DNA from: Narcine bancroftii | Lineage: Eukaryota | Reading direction: 5' to 3' | Length of the DNA stretch: 64,000 bases | NCBI RefSeq assembly: GCF_036971445.1 | Contig: NC_091471.1 | Location: 289,044,001-289,108,000 of the forward strand | Shown here: in pieces, positions 14,406 through 27,962 of the stretch | Layout: every line of letters begins with the position of its first letter | Numbering within the stretch: position 1 is the first letter of the stretch | Notes under the pieces: generated by a model | Told to the model about the DNA's origin: nothing | What the model saw: only the letters and a program-made list of their open reading frames with translations | Database searches by the model: none | Made by a program: the position numbers and the translations under genes

Positions 14406-16639
14406 GCAAATCTGGAAATTCCAGATTAATATTAGCATAGTGGTTAGTGCAACACTATTACAGCACCAGCGATCGGGACTGGCTTTTAAATTTCATGTTG
14501 TATGTAAGGAGTTTGTAAATTCACCCTGTCTGAATGGGTTTTCTCCCACTGTTTGAAATGTACCAATTGGATATAATTGGGCAGTATGGGCTTGTGGGCT
14601 GAAAGGACCTGTTACCATGCTGGATGTGTTATGTCTAAATATCATAGTTTCCATAGCAGCTAAAGACTAGGCTCTTGGATCAGCTTCAAAGAGCTCAACA
14701 TTCATGCTGAAATCAGCTGAAGGAAATTAAAAAGATTAGCATTTACTGACAAATCAATGGCAAAGACATAAGTTGGACTGGACTAAATAATCCAAATCTT
14801 TACAAGACATCATCAAGTCAAGTTTATTGTACAAGTACAACCCTTGTAAAACATGCAGATCCACAACTGGAAATAACACATACAAATAAAGGAAAATATA
14901 TCAATAGTACAGCTTAAGGAAAATCTTGAAATTAAATGAGCAAGTTCTGCAGTTACTAAGTTTTGCTACAGACAGGTACAATTTTCTTTCTCTAATCCTT
15001 GAATTGTTTCCAACATTTTCAAAGCTGATCTGTGTTCATTTTTCCAGATTTACACCTTCCCACTTCTCCAATCTACGTAGGATTCATTGGGGGCTGCGGA
15101 GATTGAAGGCTTCTCTCCTTTACAGGATTGCGCTATTGGGCCTTGACCAGGTAACTAGCAAATCCCATGGACTGTTTATTGACCAGACATATTATCAGTT
15201 CATATCTACAACAGACATTTCATAGACTGTAAAGGGTCAAGAGTTATTGAGTTGTAGTTGGAACCAAAGCAACCATGATGAAATAAGTTGTAATGTAAAT
15301 ATGTTTTGCATGAGTATGCAATCCTGTATTCCACTTCCCAGATATATCTTAGAAGTGATCTATTTGGAAGAATTCAGATCAACAGTGCTAGTTCCAAATT
15401 TCAGATGTTGTGGAAAAATTGGCTGACTGCTTTATTCTGTTTGGAGCAGGTTAATGATGTGTAATTTATAGAAACTGGTTTTCCTTCTTTTGTGCTAACA
15501 CATGCAACCAATCAGTCAACCAAATAAGCATTCCACACTTGGTTTATCAATGAGTAATGGAAGAACTTCAATCTCTGAATCATACTCCACTTATAAATAC
15601 TTGAATTCCAACTTGAAATTGTGTAATCTGCTTTGATGTTGTACGACACATTGATCTCTTTAATGCATTTGTAAGTTTCCTTCTGTCTGCCTTCATCTCT
15701 TTCTCCAACTCTTTCCTGCTGGACATGGCTTCCATCAAGGAATATTTATTTGTTTGAAACTTGATGCCTGCCTCTAAAATAAAATAGTCCTTTTTTCTCT
15801 ATTTGTCTATCTCAATTAATTGGCAGAAGCTGGTGTGAAGAAACGGATGCTATCAACTTTTAACATTAGACTATTTGTTAAGTCACTTTAGCAACATGAA
15901 ATTTGTATGGTTAAGAGATAGTTTAATTGAAGTTCCACCAAATAGTAATGATAAGCTAGATGGGGAAAAGCTATTTTCACAAGTTGGCAAATCAAAGACT
16001 TGGAAAGAAATGGTCCAAAATTAGAGCCAAGCCTTTCAAGGATTTGGAAAGTAACACCACAAATAGATAGCAGTTAAAATTTGGAACATCTCTGCAAATT
16101 GCTATGATGCTAAGTTTTCTGTTAACTTGCCTTCTGTCCTGAACTGGTCCAAATGCTTGAAAAGAAACAAGATAGAAAAAAAAGTCAGTTGTTATTTGTA
16201 GGGATCATGAAAAATGTAACCATCCAGTCTAGTGTATTGGTCACAAAGATCATCAATGGTTCTCCCCTTCTAACTCCATTGTAAAGGAGGAAGCTGCAGT
16301 TGTTGGAATCGGAGCAACAAAGAAAAGACTGCTGGATGAAATCAGTGAATGGAGCAGTATCTGCTCATGTGACGTCAGGAAACCAACATTGATCAGAATG
16401 CTGACCGAGAAAACCAACTTTCATCGGTCAGACCATCAGTTACTTTTGACATACAGCACCTTAAAGGTATAGATTGATACCAGAACTAGGGTAGAGTGCC
16501 CCAGCCAGTTCATTTGGGAAAGAAGATTCATTGATACTTAAATCACCATCCCAAAAGATCAAAATGTATTTCTTCATTTTTAAAATTAAATTCACAACTA
16601 AAATTGACAAAAACTGATTTCATTTTTTAAATTAAGATA

Positions 16640-17124
16640 AGCAACTGGCTTTCAGAGCACTGTGTGGCACCTGCTAGTAGAATCTGGGGAATGAAAAACA
16701 GCCTGGGGTAACAAATATTCAAATGATGCAACCAAACTGCAAAAAGAAGAACAGAAACACAAAATAGATCACAGAGTGACCGGTAGATGAAAGATGCAAT
16801 GGAGAGAAAGAAAGAAGTCAGTAATCTCCCATTAATTGGGGAGAGAAGACACCCATGGCCACGCTCTCTTCAACAGGGATTGAGTAATTGCTGCAGATGT
16901 TGCCGAGGTCTCTGCTGGGCATCGTCAAGTTGTTGCTGAGAGGGAAGGTGTTGTCTGAGTTTGGAACTCCTTTCTCTCTGGACTCCCATGCACTGACCAG
17001 CTGAAGGCAGGGAAACCCACTGACAGTTTACTGACCAGGCAAACTAAGGTGTCCGCTCCTTTAGCAGAGATCTCCTCACATAATGGCCTGAGGAGTCTCA
17101 CTGAAGGTTTGGGGAACTGTTGAG
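16640..17124 (-). pseudogene. Diverged IgL C pseudo-exon (about 16870-17124) plus 3'UTR
   Basis: QQFPKPSVRLLRPLCEEISAKGADTLVCLVSKLSVGFPAFSWSVHGSP, then frameshift, DNTFPLS, deletion of the second Cys region; AG acceptor at 17127-17125; 3'UTR aligns with 55140-55315. Confidence 0.9.
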
Positions 17125-17140
17125 CTGCCACGGGATCAAG

Positions 17141-18362
17141 GATTTCAGATTTATTGTCAGAGTACATGCATGACATCACATACAACCCTGAGATTCCTTT
17201 CCTGCAGACAAGGCAGAATTTCCACTTATGGGTAGTGCAAAAAAATCTACATAGGGTACACATGTAAACAAATAAATAAATGTAAACTGACTGCAGTACA
17301 CAGAAGAGAAAAATAATCAATGAAGGACATGAGTTTGTTGTTGAGGTGTGATGGTGAAGGGTTAGTACCTCTTGCCTGATGGTAGCAGCGAGAACAGAGT
17401 GTGTGCTGGCTGGTGTGGGTCATTGGTGATTGCTGCTGCTCTCTGATGAAAGCATTCCTTATAGATGTTCTTGGTGGTGGGGAGGGTTTTGCCTGTGATG
17501 TCCTTGCTGTTTCCATTATCTTTTGTAGGGCTTTACACTCAAGATACCAGACCATGATGTACCCAGCTAGTACTCTTTCCACCATACATCTGTAGAAATT
17601 GCCAGGTTTTCGATATCATACCAAACCTCCGCAAACTCCTGAAGAAATAGAGGCATTGTTTCACTTTCTTCATGATTGGAAAGGTTCTCTGATAGTGACT
17701 GAAGAATTAAATTTGCTCACCCTCTCTATCTGATACCCCAACTGTCACTGTATCATACACCTCTGGTTTTCCCTTCATGAAGTCAATAATCTACTCCTTG
17801 GTTTTGCTGAAATTGAATGCAAGGTTGTTATTGGTGCACCATTCAGTCAAGTTTTCAATTTCCCTCATCACTCCTTTTAATACAACCCATCACCGTGGTA
17901 TCATCAACAAATTTGTAGATTGTGTTGTTGTATCAAGCCACACAGTCATCAGTGTAAATTGAGAGGAGCATGGGACTAAGAATCCAACCCTGTGGTGCTC
18001 TGGTACTGATTGTGGAGGAGATGTTCTTACTAATCCTTGCTGATTGTGGTCTGGAGGTGAGGAAATCTAGGATTGAATGTGGGTGTGTTGAGTCCTAGGT
18101 CTTGGAGTTTGCTGATTAGTTTTGAGGGGATTATGATGTTAAATGCCGTCTGTAGTGAATAAAGACCATCCTGAGGTATGAATCTTTACTGTCCAGGTGT
18201 TACAGGGCTTTGTGTAAAGCCAGTGAGATAGCATCCGCGTAGATCTAAAATAGCCAATTTGGAATGGATCCATGTGGACGCACAGGCAGGAGCTGATATT
18301 TATCAACACCAGTCTTTCAAAACACTTCATCAATGTTGATGTAAATACCACTGGCAAATTAT
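17141..18362 (-). mobile_element. Rex1/Babar-like LINE fragment inserted just upstream of the C pseudo-exon acceptor
   Basis: RT remnants (MKCFERLVL...DPFQ); 3' end shared with the copy at 19926-20545; flanks rejoin to match J-C intron 55638-55697. Confidence 0.8.
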
Positions 18363-19599
18363 GACACATTTTGGGTCACAGAAAAGCTCGCCTCATTTCA
18401 AAGTTGATTTGTTTTTGGGGAATAAGCTGCTTCCTCAATGAGGGGGACAGAATCAGTGACAAAACAAATTTGATTTAAATATATTGGTTAAGGATCCTAC
18501 ATGTTACCAAAATGGTTAACAACTGCGAGCATTGACCTTCATTCCAGAGGGAGAGAGGCAAAGATTGTCGAGCCATTGAGGCCATGAGAATATTATCGGC
18601 AATTAATAAAATTCACAAACCAGTAAATGAAAAAAAAATTGAACATGGTCAACAACAGTCTACTTGGCAGCCTGTGTGGTCATTCAGCATTGTTGGGGTG
18701 AGGCCTATTTTACGCAATAATGTTTCCATTCAACAACGTTGGGAGATAACACTCAATCCTCAATTTCTCTCAAGCTGCCAATGTGTGAATTTTCACAAGG
18801 TCCCAAATAGAGTTATTAAATGAAATAATAATAAGACAAAGCTTTTTTTACATTTAAGTACAAAACAGACATGGGCCAGAGCTGAACATGGTCGCAATGA
18901 GATCAAATGAATGGAAACCTCCAGAATTTAGGTTAACACATGTTAACCTCACTATGTTAGAAAAGGTCTAACAAAATAAATACATAACAATAATTAAAAA
19001 ATATAACAGCATTTCATTCATGCCTGAAGGTGAAATACTGCAAATCCTGAAAACCTGAAAGAGTGCAGAATATACTCAGCATCTTCTATGGGAAGGGGGG
19101 AAGCTCAAGGTTCAACATGATGACCTCATAGGGAAAAGTTGAGTATGAATCCACTCGTGGAGAAAGGCGGGGCATCAAAGAGTCAAGACCAGAGATTCTG
19201 GCTTATTTAAGTATGGGTAAAAACAACTTGTATTTTGCTTCTGTCCAGTATACTTATGAGTGAAAATATTCTTGCTATTGTTGGACAAAACAACTCATTC
19301 ATTTAGGAAGTGGGGTTAAAAGCATCTCCAAAACTGCCATCTGATCAGTCTTGAAACATTCCATTAGACTTAATGTAGATTGTCCACAATTATTTGAAAT
19401 TCTTGTAAGGTTATTTTTTTTCACCTGACCCCTATTTTACTTGGCTCCCTCTTTGTCTGGCATCTGCTGATTTACTGCCTTTGTCCATTGTGCTTCATTC
19501 CCACCTGGTTTCTGAATGGCACCAGTCCTCTTTGCACTGGCTTCTCCTACGCCTTCCCATTAACTCGCCCCTCACCTGCATCTGTTCTATTTCTTGCAC

Positions 19600-19912
19600 A
19601 TTTGCCATGACCTCCCCCCCACCCACCACCACCACCACAGACCTGCCAACTTCCACCCTGATCTCAAATTCACTTACTCCATCTCCAATAACCCTCTCCC
19701 CTTTCTCAATCTCCATTTTAAGTGACATATCATATTTTGACATCTTCATTCATTTACTCTGAGGTTCCTTGATGACACATCTTCCCACCCTAACTCCTGT
19801 AAGGGTTCTATTCCTTTCCCTCAATTTCCCTATCTTTGCTGCATCAGGAGATGAGGTTTTCCATTCCAGGTTATCTGAGATATCCTTCTCCAGAAAATTT
19901 GGATTTCCCTCC
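19600..19912 (+). mobile_element. Penelope-like RT fragment
   Basis: FHPDLKFTYSISNNPLPFL and SIPFPQF motifs. Confidence 0.65.
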
Positions 19913-19925
19913 CAATGACACTAAT

Positions 19926-20545
19926 GCCATTGTGATAAAAGCACATCAACGCCTCGACTTCTGCAGGAGTTTGTGAATGGCATTGGAAAACAAACTTCTA
20001 CAGGTATATAGTTGAAAATGTGCTGACTGCTACATCACAGCCTGATATGGGGAACTAATACATCTGAGAACAAAGCCCTGCAAAAATTAGTGGACACAGT
20101 CCAGTACATCACAGGCAAAACTCACCACCGTTGAGAAAATCAACATGGAACTCTGCCGCTGAACAGCAGCAGCAATCATCAAGGATCCGTACCACCCAGG
20201 ACATTCTCTGTTCTCACTGCTGTCATCAGGAGAGAGGGATAGGTGCTGAAATTCTTGAATCACCAGGTTCAGGAACAGTTGCTACCCTTCCACCATCAGA
20301 CCCCTAAACAACAAACTCAATCAGAGACTCATTTAAGGACTCTCACTTTGAACATTATTTCTTGCTGAATATTTATTTTTTCTGTAATGCTCATTTAGTT
20401 GTTTACATTTCTCTCTTTTGTATACAATCTTGTGTGCAATTGTTTGCACTACCAATAAATAGAAATTCCGTTTGGTCCACTGGAAAAAGAATCTCAGTGT
20501 TGTATGTGATGTCATATATGTACTCTGACATTAAATTTGAACTTT
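19926..20545 (+). mobile_element. Rex1/Babar-like LINE 3' fragment
   Basis: Reverse-complement homolog of 17141-17670. Confidence 0.8.
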
Positions 20546-21191
20546 GCTGTGTGACCTCCTGAGTTTCTCCTGCACTTCTGTGCTCTACATTTCATGGGTT
20601 AAGGATGAAAGGAGAACATTAGGGAAAGCTTCACACAGAGAGTGGTGAGTGGGTGGAACGTGCTCCCAGCTGAAGTTGTGAATGTGGGCTCAGTGTTGAG
20701 ATGTTTAGATAGTTAAATGGATGGGAGGCATATGGGATCTACAGTTTGGGTGCAGGCCAATTGAACTAGACAGAATAATAGTTTGGCATAGACTAGATGA
20801 GTCGAAGGTCCTTCAGCCCACTCACTCAGACTGCAGCTGCTTATGGAAACACAGTGCAGAACAAAGCTGCCTCGTGTTTTCCCCCTTTTACCCATTTACT
20901 TCCTGCAGAAATGTAGGAAGGGTGGCATAGAGGTTCAGCAGGTAGCGCTGATACCTCCCTGCTTCAGGAGCTTGGATTTGATCCTCTCCTTGTGTGTTGC
21001 CCCGCAGAATTTGTTAGAACTCATGGGATTCAATTAGCTGTTCCAGTTTCTGCCCACATCACAAAGTAGGTAAGTGACAAAATATCAAAGGGAAATTGAT
21101 AGCATATCCAAGAGAATAAGGACAATAACTGCTCGGTTCCATCTGCTGGGAGCTGAGATGAACCCAATAAATCATTCTCTGATTTAGTGTA

Positions 21192-21398
21192 CGGGTTGAG
21201 TACCCATTATCTGAAATGCCAAGGACCAGAAATGTTTCAGATTTTGGATTTCAGAATAATGTGTCAAGGGTAACTGAGCAGCACAGTAGCATCAGCAGAA
21301 TATCTGTAGCAGCTGTTAAACAGCAACAGCAAACAATGCTTTTTGAGCACTGACATGAAGCCACAAGTGGAAAATTCACATGAAAATAATGTTTTGTA
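21192..21398 (+). mobile_element. Tigger4/MER46-like Tc1-mariner end, followed by an LTR-like segment (about 21400-21840)
   Basis: TA then CGGGTTGAGTACCCATTATCTGAAATGCCAAGGACCAGAAATGTTTCAGATTTTGGATTT, resembling the Tigger4 terminus. Confidence 0.6.
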
Positions 21399-21919
21399 CT
21401 GTTACGAACCCTAAGGTATGTGTGTGTGTGGTTTTTCTTTTGTGTGTTCAAGATGGTTCTTTTTTCACTGTCCAGTTCACGTCAAGTAATGTTCACTTCT
21501 CCACGTTCACTGGTATCAGACGGTTTTCAGTACTGTGCCCAGAATTAAACAGTCATTATATTCAACAGGCTCTGGTGTCTTGACTTGAGTGGTAACCAGT
21601 CAGGAAGGTCTTTGTGGGTGCAGAGAGATGGTTGATTGACAAGCAAACTGATTTCCTTCAATCAGCAACCGAAATGTCTTTCCGAAGAAACGTGCCTTCT
21701 TCCAGGTTACCACAAAGAGTTCTCCTTTTCCCCTATTTCAGGAGAAACACAACAACCAGCCACTATAGAGATTTTGAATAGGCTGGACTCAGAACTCAAA
21801 ACCCTCTTGAAATGTGGTCTTTAGCAGGCTTTTCACTCTGCCTGCTGCAGCTTTTATCGTTCTCTCTCTATTCCGTTTCTGTAATGTGATGTTTGCTTGT
21901 GAAAAGTGACCTAAACTAC

Positions 21920-22491
21920 ATAATCTTATTCTCACCCATGTCCGCATGGGAAGAGCACGTAAAGTAAGGAGAAACATGTGGAAGATTCCTTCACTCTGCA
22001 TCTTTATTTAGTCAGTTGCCATGACATTGGCTTAGTCCAATACAGATAATCATTTAATAAACATTCTATGTTGATTAGATCCACGACTGATGCCAGAGGA
22101 AACTATTTACAAGCTGAACTGTTCAAATGAACCAAGTGACTGGTCACTTTAACCCTGTGTAACCTCTCGGGGAGAAACAAAACAAATTCAACCTGGGGAA
22201 CAAATATTCAACTCACACAGTGTAAACAATAGGATGTAAAACAGAAGCAGAGAATACAGTGAAGAGCGACCGCGCAGAGCGGGGAGCGGCTGAAAGATAC
22301 AAGGCAGTGATCTCCCGTTCATCAGGGAGCGAAGGCGCCCGAGGCCAAGCTCTGTTCAGCAGCTGGATTGTGCAACTGTTGCAGACGTTGCCGAGGCAGC
22401 TCCTTGTTGAACCGTGCAGCAGGTCACCTTGCCTCTGCTCCAGTCTGGGCCGGGCACCTTCAGTTAGCTGCTGAGACTGAAGGTGTTGTCC
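21920..22491 (-). pseudogene. Truncated IgL C pseudogene (3' part of exon 22356-22491 plus 3'UTR)
   Basis: Homologous to 54900-55451; in-frame TAC>TAA at 22464-22466; 5' half absent, homology ends at an LTR. Confidence 0.93.
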
Positions 22492-22492
22492 A

Positions 22493-23830
22493 TGTTCTAC
22501 ATCATTGTAATGATAGTGATCATGTTTGCATTGCTACTAGCAATGCCTTAGGGTTCATAGTTCCTGTATAATTATATTTGGCTGCCACCAGGGGCTCACA
22601 CAGACAGAGAAACTGCTGTATGAGAGAGCTATAATGGAGGCTTGAAACCCTCATGGGCTGCTTACAACAACTTTAAAGAACCTTTTCCTTCATCCATGTG
22701 TTGTCTAAGAACTCACACATACAAATACAAGATGAAACATGGTGTCAGATGTAGGATGATGGAAATTAAAAGGAAATACTTCAAAAGAAAACATCTAAAG
22801 TTGGTAACTGATCAGTGAAGAGAAGCTAATGAAGTGAAAAATGGAAGGATTAATCCTACCAGCAAAACATCAGTTGACAGATAATATGGCTGAAAATTGG
22901 AACAGATTCAAACAACATTTTGGATTGTATTTAGCGGCAGTTGATAAAGTGAAAGCATCAGTTTTCTAACATGTCGTGTGTGATGAACCCCTGGAGGTGT
23001 ATAATAACTTCACATTTGCTGCTGAAGGAGACAAAATGAAAATGGAATAAATAATGGAACAGTTTGAGGCATACTGCATACCTAAACGTATCATGACATT
23101 TGAGTGGCACAGATTTTTCATGTGTACAGAAAACAGAAGAAAGTATTGATCAGTATGTGACTGAATTGAGAAACAGAAGCAAAACATGAATTTGATGGAC
23201 TGATCGACGTTGATAAAAGACAGACTTGTGTGTGGTATTCCAGATAATAGTCTAAGGGAAAGACTGTAGGAGAGCAAAATATAGACCTAGAAAAAAGCCA
23301 TAGCACTCTGTAGGGCTACAGAAACTGTAAAAGCACAGGCAAAAGAGCAGTTCGGTGAAACCAGCTGCAACGTGGATGCAGTGAGCAAAAGTGGACAAAA
23401 ACTGGCAACTCTAGCACCTCTCTGGGTGCTTTGGTCTTCGGGGCCACTCTCTGCAGCTCAAAATGCCGCAGAGCAATGGCAGTCCTCCCTACCCATAATC
23501 TCCATGCAGCTGGACTCCAAACTTGAAGTGGTTAATTTGTGTCTGGTCATCAAAGAACTGAGTTCCGAATAAATAACATGGTTTTTAAAAAAAATTGGTT
23601 TGAAGTTCATCCGTTTGGTCTGTGTTGCGACAGAGGTTATGTGAGGTCTGAAGCAGGCAACCCTGGGGAAATCCAAACTGGACATCAGTTGGCGAGGAAG
23701 TATTATTGGAGTGATGAGCTGGAATTAATGTTCCATTATTTTGATGATAGGCCATACCTGGGCAATTTTCCACAATGTCAACCAGGTGCCAGTGTTATAA
23801 CTGTAATGGAGCAGCATGCTAGAGGTGCAG
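22493..23830 (+). mobile_element. Ty3/Gypsy LTR retrotransposon remnant: 5' LTR 22493-22739, PBS 22740-22757, gag 22841 to about 23390, pol scraps
   Basis: TG...CA LTR followed by TGGTGTCAGATGTAGGAT (tRNA-Leu-like PBS); gag MEGLILPAKHQLTDNMAENWNRFKQHF...DRLVCGIPDNSLRERL. Confidence 0.85.
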
Positions 23831-24394
23831 CAAATTCTTGAGTTCATCTAGGTACATGCCTCTTCCAAGTTTATCTATCTTCAGAAATGTTCCTTAAGAA
23901 ATTCAAGCAAGGCATTGGTTATTAGATTATTACTGTACAGGTTCACTTGATACCATTGTTGATGACCCTTCCATCTTTAATGATTGGGAGTTGACTGATT
24001 GGACAGTTATATATTGATTTATATTTGTCCTATTTTTGTTGATCAGAAATGTCTGGACAAATGAAGGGAGATCAGTTTAGGGGAGACATCAGTGGATGTT
24101 TTTTTTTTTACACAGAGGGTTGTGGGTGCGTGAAATGCTTTGCCAAGGGTGGTGGTGTAGGCTGGACAATAGGGGCATTTAAAGGTACATGAATGAGAGA
24201 AAAATGGAGGGTTACGAGGTAGGGAGGGTTTCATTTTTTTTGTAGGTATAGTAGATCGGTACAACATCCTGGACCAAAGGGCCTGTACTGTGCTGTAGTG
24301 CTATGTGTTTTATGTTCTAGAACGAACCTGAACAACTTTCCACATTGACAGGTGGACTGAACTGTTGCAACTGTCAAGGAACAGATTGATTAGA

Positions 24395-25450
24395 GCAGGG
24401 GTGGCCAACCTGCTGCTCGCAAGCCCCATGTGGCTCTTTGACATGCAATGTACGGCTTCATGAAATATTTTGGCTGGAGGAGATACCAGCACTCCTGAAG
24501 CCACCCTGAATCCCTGCAGCCAGACCAGGGGATCCTGGAATGGTCAGAGCCTGGACAGCATGAGTAAGAGAGGGAAGAGGGAGTGGGCACTGGAGGATTT
24601 GCCCCGATAAAGGAGCAGAGTGAACAGCACACATCAGAGCCAGGTTCCCTTAGCTCAGAACAGGCCACATCATAGCAGAGAGTGGCTAATGTGGGGTGTG
24701 CTGTAGGAGGGTTGGGCAAAGCTGAAGGTCCTCTGCAAGGAGTAGGTGCAAAGGTTGGGAAGCTGACCTGGGCCAGGACAGCTCCAATGAGGCATAGCTT
24801 GACCCAAAAGCGGGGTGTCTGTCCAGGCAATTCGGCAAGTGGGAAGCAAGATGATGGAAACAGGGAGGATAGTTAGACAGCTTGATACCCCAGTCTCCGA
24901 TCCCAGGAGCCTCTTCCCTGATCCCGCCGGCAACTGGAAAGAGGGGAGCAGAGGGTGGGATGGGAGGAGCAGAGCTGGGCCTCCTGGCCTTACCCTGCTG
25001 CAGGAGGCCGCTTTACATTAGGTCACTTCCCACATCTTGCACTCAGATGTGGATGCTGCAATGGTGTACAAATGTGCAGAGTCCAATGGCAGCAACGTTC
25101 CGAAAGATAATCATCCATCTGGCCCTTCAAGCCTACTCCCACATTCAGTGAGATCACAGCTGATCTGGGCATGGGCCCAGCTATGCCTTTTCCCCATGAC
25201 CATTAATTCCCCTTTGATGCAAAACTTCATCTTACTTTATCTGAAATGTATTTAATGTGGCAGCCTCGTCTGCTTCATTCGGCAGAGATTTCCACAGAAA
25301 ATCAGCCAATATTTCAAAAATATTTGGTTTGTATATGGTACTTAATTATTGAAACTAACACAAATAAGCAGTTTAGAAACTACATGAATAAATATTACGT
25401 ACATGTGTTTCTTAATATTAATATAAAATTTTTGTCACAAAAAAACATTG
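24395..25450. mobile_element. Probable non-autonomous hAT element, GC-rich interior
   Basis: Begins CAGGGGTGGCCAACC; right terminus not identified. Confidence 0.45.
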
Positions 25451-26384
25451 TGGTGTGGACTGTGGAGGGTCACATAACTTCTCTGGAACCTGGTCAGAAT
25501 GTGGATTGGAGTGGGTCATGAGGCTTCTCTGGCTGGAACCTAGTAGGAAGTCATCTCACCTGCCAATCTCACCTGTGATGTTTGATTAGCCCTTGAAGCT
25601 GATGTTTGATTGGTCTCTCAGGTGCCAATTAATGGTTAGATCTCCCCACAGGTAAGGCTGCTGCTTGATTGGTCCTTGCAGATCACATTGTCAGGGCATG
25701 CATTTAAAAAGTCTCTCTCTTTGCAGCTGCATTGAGACCATCACTAAAGTCCAGGCTGCTGGCCACGTGTGGGCACTGGAGGGACTAACTGCAATGGGCT
25801 CATCTCAGATCCCAAGTTGTGGTCAATGATGGTTCATTTGGTGTACTTGTTATATGGAAGTTTCAACCTTGTCTTTTGCACTCACATACGAAATCCCACC
25901 ATTGCACAGCAAGAGGATGTGTTTTGAACCACCTTCTCCAGTCAATTGCTTAATTGTCTACCACCATTCACCACAGATATCTAAAACTCAGAGGCCATTG
26001 CAGCAGAAAAAGAATGGTCAAGGTTCTGGGTCAGAAGTTACCCTCAAGACAGAGTAGAGAGGATAAAGGCTAGTGGTTCTCAACCTTTTTTGCCCTAAGC
26101 ACCACTTTAATTTTTCCAAAAAAAAAAGTGCCTCGCCATGAGCAGAAAAAAGTTATATTCAAAAGTTTTAATTAAATCATTTACTGCAAGTGTATTTCAG
26201 TACAATTAAAGTCTGGAATTCGCTGGAACATTCAGTGGGAACCTTGCCCCTAATGCTGACTACAGATATTTTTTTGATTCGAGGGACTAATTTTGTTGGT
26301 TTCAACCTTAAATCTCATGTTTTGTAATTTCCAGTCAGTTTCTCTTAGCTTGTTGCAAATCACTGAGGCCAAATTACTATTAAA

Positions 26385-27655
26385 TTTCTTTTCTTTGGCT
26401 TGGCTTCGCGGACGAAGATTTATGGAGGGGGTAAATGTCCACGTCAGCTGCAGGCTCGTTTGTGGCTGACAAGTCCGATGCGGGACAGGCAGACACAGTT
26501 GCAGTGGTTGCAGGGGAAAATTGGTTGGTTGGGGTTGGGTGTTGGGTTTTTCCTCCTTTGCCTTTTGTCAGTGAGGTGGACTCTGCGGTCTTCTTCAAAG
26601 GAGGTTGCTGCCCGCCGAACTGTGAGGTGCCAAGATGCACGGTTTGAGGCGATATCAGCCCACTGGCGGTGGTCAATGTGGCAGGCACCAAGAGATTTCT
26701 TTAGGCAGTTCTTGTACCTTTTCCTTGGTGCACCTCTGTCACGGTGGCCAGTGGAGAGCTCGCCATATAACACGATCTTGGGAAGGTGATGGTCCTCCAT
26801 TCTGGAGACGTGACCCACCCAGCGCAGCTGGATCTTCAGCAGCGTGGACTCGATGCTGTCGACCTCTGCCATCTCGAGTACTTCGACGTTAGGGATGAAA
26901 GCGCTCCAATGAATGTTGAGGATGGAGCGGAGACAACGCTGGTGGAAGCGTTCTAGGAGCCGTAGGTGATGCTGGTAGAGGACCCATGATTCGGAGCCGA
27001 ACAGGAGTGTGGGTATGACAATGGCTCTGTATACGCTTATCTTTGTGAGGTTTTTCAGTTGGTTGTTTTTCCAGACTCTTTTGTGTAGTCTTCCAAAGGC
27101 GCTATTTGCCTTGGCGAGTCTGTTGTCAATCTCGTTGTCGATCCTTGCATCCGATGAAATGGTGCAGCCGAGATAGGTAAACTGGTTGACCGTTCTGAGT
27201 TTTGTGTGCCCGATGGAGATGTGGGGGGGCTGGTGGTCATGGTGGGGAGCTGGCTGATAGAGGACCTCAGTTTTCCTCAGGCTGACTTCTAGGCCAAACA
27301 TTTTGTCAGTTTCCACTAAACAGGACATCAAGCGCTGAAGAGCTGGCTCTGAATGGGCAACTAAAGCGGCATCGTCTGCAAAGAGTAGTTCATGGACAAG
27401 TTTCTCTTGTGTCTTGGTGTGAGCTTGCAGGCGCCTCAGATTTAAGAGACTGCCATCCGTGCGGTACCGGATGTAAACAGCGTCTTCATTGTTGAGGTCT
27501 TTCATGGCTTGGTTCAGCATCATGCTGAAGAAGATTGAAAAGAGGGTTGGTGCGAGAACACAGCCTTGCTTCACGCCATTGTTAATGGAGAAGGGTTCAG
27601 AGGGCTCATTGCTGTATCTGACCTGACCTTGTTGGTTTTCATGTTGAGGAACCAT
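26385..27655 (-). mobile_element. RTE (BovB-like) LINE, 5'-truncated, RT ORF open for 403 aa
   Basis: GVKQGCVLAPTLF, LLFADDAAL, C-terminal CxxC...H zinc motif. Confidence 0.95.
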
Positions 27656-27962
27656 GGAAAATGTATCAATAGTTCCCTTGCTAAAGTAGTCGAGTTTGGG
27701 TATTTCTTTTCAATCTCGTTAAACAGCCACATCATGGTTCCTTTCACTTGGAACAGAGTTTACACAGATTCATCATGTTGCAACTCCGATAACTCCTCTT
27801 GGTATTGGACTGGGACTTCATACAAATCCACCAGCAATGGCTGAGTTAACCAAAAGGGAAAATCCATTGCCTTTAAATCACAAAATCTTTTATTGAAGTC
27901 GGTAATAAGTTTTTTCAAATGGTCAACAATGATGTTTGTAGCAGCATTAGTTACTTATCAAC

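Noticed and set aside
18400-19500. J segment for the 17-kb C pseudogene
   Set aside because: No FGxGT motif or RSS recognisable
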